Shown one piece after another: positions 63,420 to 64,000 of a DNA stretch of 64,000 nucleotides. Source of the DNA: Anaerolineales bacterium (lineage in GTDB: Bacteria > Chloroflexota > Anaerolineae > Anaerolineales > UBA11579); NCBI GenBank assembly GCA_040902205.1, contig JBBDXR010000028.1, forward strand, positions 7,390 to 71,389, read 5' to 3'. The notes beneath the pieces are model-generated. The model was not told the origin of the DNA and searched no databases. It saw only the letters and a list, made by a program, of their open reading frames with translations. The position numbers were made by a program, and so were the translations under genes. Numbering within the stretch: position 1 is the first letter of the stretch; the number at the start of each line of letters is the position of its first letter.

Positions 63420-64000
63420 TCAATCCTTTGCCGGGTTGTCTTCGATGACTTCTTTGGCAAGCTGCTTCAAGGCAGCTTGCTCCTTGCCCGCCAGGTGAGC
63501 GCTATCCCAATAGATGCCAAGCAGCTCGTAAGGCGAGAGCTCGCCGACATGCCTGTCCTCCGGAATTCGCAGGCGGGCCTCCACCTGCGGCCGCTTCACC
63601 AGGTGGAACTCGAAGGTGCCCGCAGCGGCCTCGCGCAGCGCGGCCTCGTCGATGTACGGCTCCAGCTCCCGCGGGTAATCGATGGTCATGCGCACGATGG
63701 CGTCCTTCATTTTGGGCTTGGCCGGCAGCGCCGCCATGATCTTCTTCATCACGCCTTCGGGCTTATCCAGCGCCACGCGAGGAAGATCGATGAACGAACG
63801 TACATGGTCCAAGTTGCGCCAAGCATACGTCGTCTCGCCTTTGGCGAGGTTAACGACGACGAAACGCTTTTCGTCTTGCGCTTCACCGAAATCCACATGC
63901 TCGATCGACCCGGGGTAAACGACCGGGGGATAACTGTCCTTGTTCACATCCTGGGCTTTGTGGATATGGCCCAGGGCCACGTAATCGAATTGCGTGTTCT
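63420..64000 (-). CDS. sbcD: SbcD/Mre11-family nuclease, C-terminal part (5' end lies outside the window)
   Basis: DYVALGHIHKAQ phosphoesterase motif. The frame is open to the right edge. Confidence 0.8.
   Translation of the reverse strand, partial: NTQFDYVALGHIHKAQDVNKDSYPPVVYPGSIEHVDFGEAQDEKRFVVVNLAKGETTYAWRNLDHVRSFIDLPRVALDKPEGVMKKIMAALPAKPKMKDAIVRMTIDYPRELEPYIDEAALREAAAGTFEFHLVKRPQVEARLRIPEDRHVGELSPYELLGIYWDSAHLAGKEQAALKQLAKEVIEDNPAKD

Noticed and set aside
1-64000. Search for tRNA, rRNA, tmRNA, RNase P or SRP RNA genes in intergenic regions
   Set aside because: I found no cloverleaf-compatible GTTCGA(A/T)TC-type T-arm context or other recognisable structured RNA signature by eye. A tRNAscan/Infernal run would be needed to exclude them formally.

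Overview
This is a 64-kb chromosomal window from a high-GC bacterium. Typical coding lines are about 60-70% G+C by hand count. The gene content and the GC-rich palindromic repeat families are reminiscent of Chloroflexota, but that impression is unverified. The backbone is ordinary housekeeping: topA, dprA, rimM-KH-rpsP, degV, pdp, queA, ruvB, upp, yvcK-pgk-tpiA, recJ, tgt, uppP, a lysine aminotransferase, an MrfA/MrfB-like helicase/exonuclease pair and sbcD. It also carries signalling proteins: a 5xGAF-HD-GYP protein, a PAS-GGDEF gene, a Ser/Thr kinase with a divergent FHA-wHTH partner, a GAF-PAS histidine kinase and a large STAND-TPR-SARP regulator. I recognised no rRNA, tRNA, CRISPR array, integrase or phage structural gene. 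Five things stand out. (1) A low-GC, tightly coupled four-gene operon at 16.7-20.1 kb is the best candidate for an undescribed system. It encodes two thymidylate-kinase-like paralogues with complementary degenerate active-site motifs, a protein with tandem dCTP-deaminase/dUTPase-like barrels and two C-terminal TM helices, and an orphan protein. Its compositional boundary lies inside the neighbouring pdp gene. I propose a nucleotide-sensing or nucleotide-depleting defence module. (2) A two-gene mini-operon at 23.7-24.2 kb encodes a 63-aa peptide built of four QPCGGG(I/V)GTGPSF repeats and a 71-aa RiPP-leader-like protein. The repeats are conserved at the amino-acid level but diverge at synonymous sites. 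(3) A single-gene low-GC insertion at 32.0-33.3 kb encodes a PD-(D/E)xK-like protein and abuts a frameshifted PAS-GGDEF gene. (4) A low-GC Dam-type type II R-M pair at 58.98-60.96 kb is followed by a degenerate RepA/AAA_25-like remnant. (5) There are REP/RAYT elements and a GC-rich palindromic element inserted in frame into two genes. All family assignments come from by-eye motif recognition; no searches were run.
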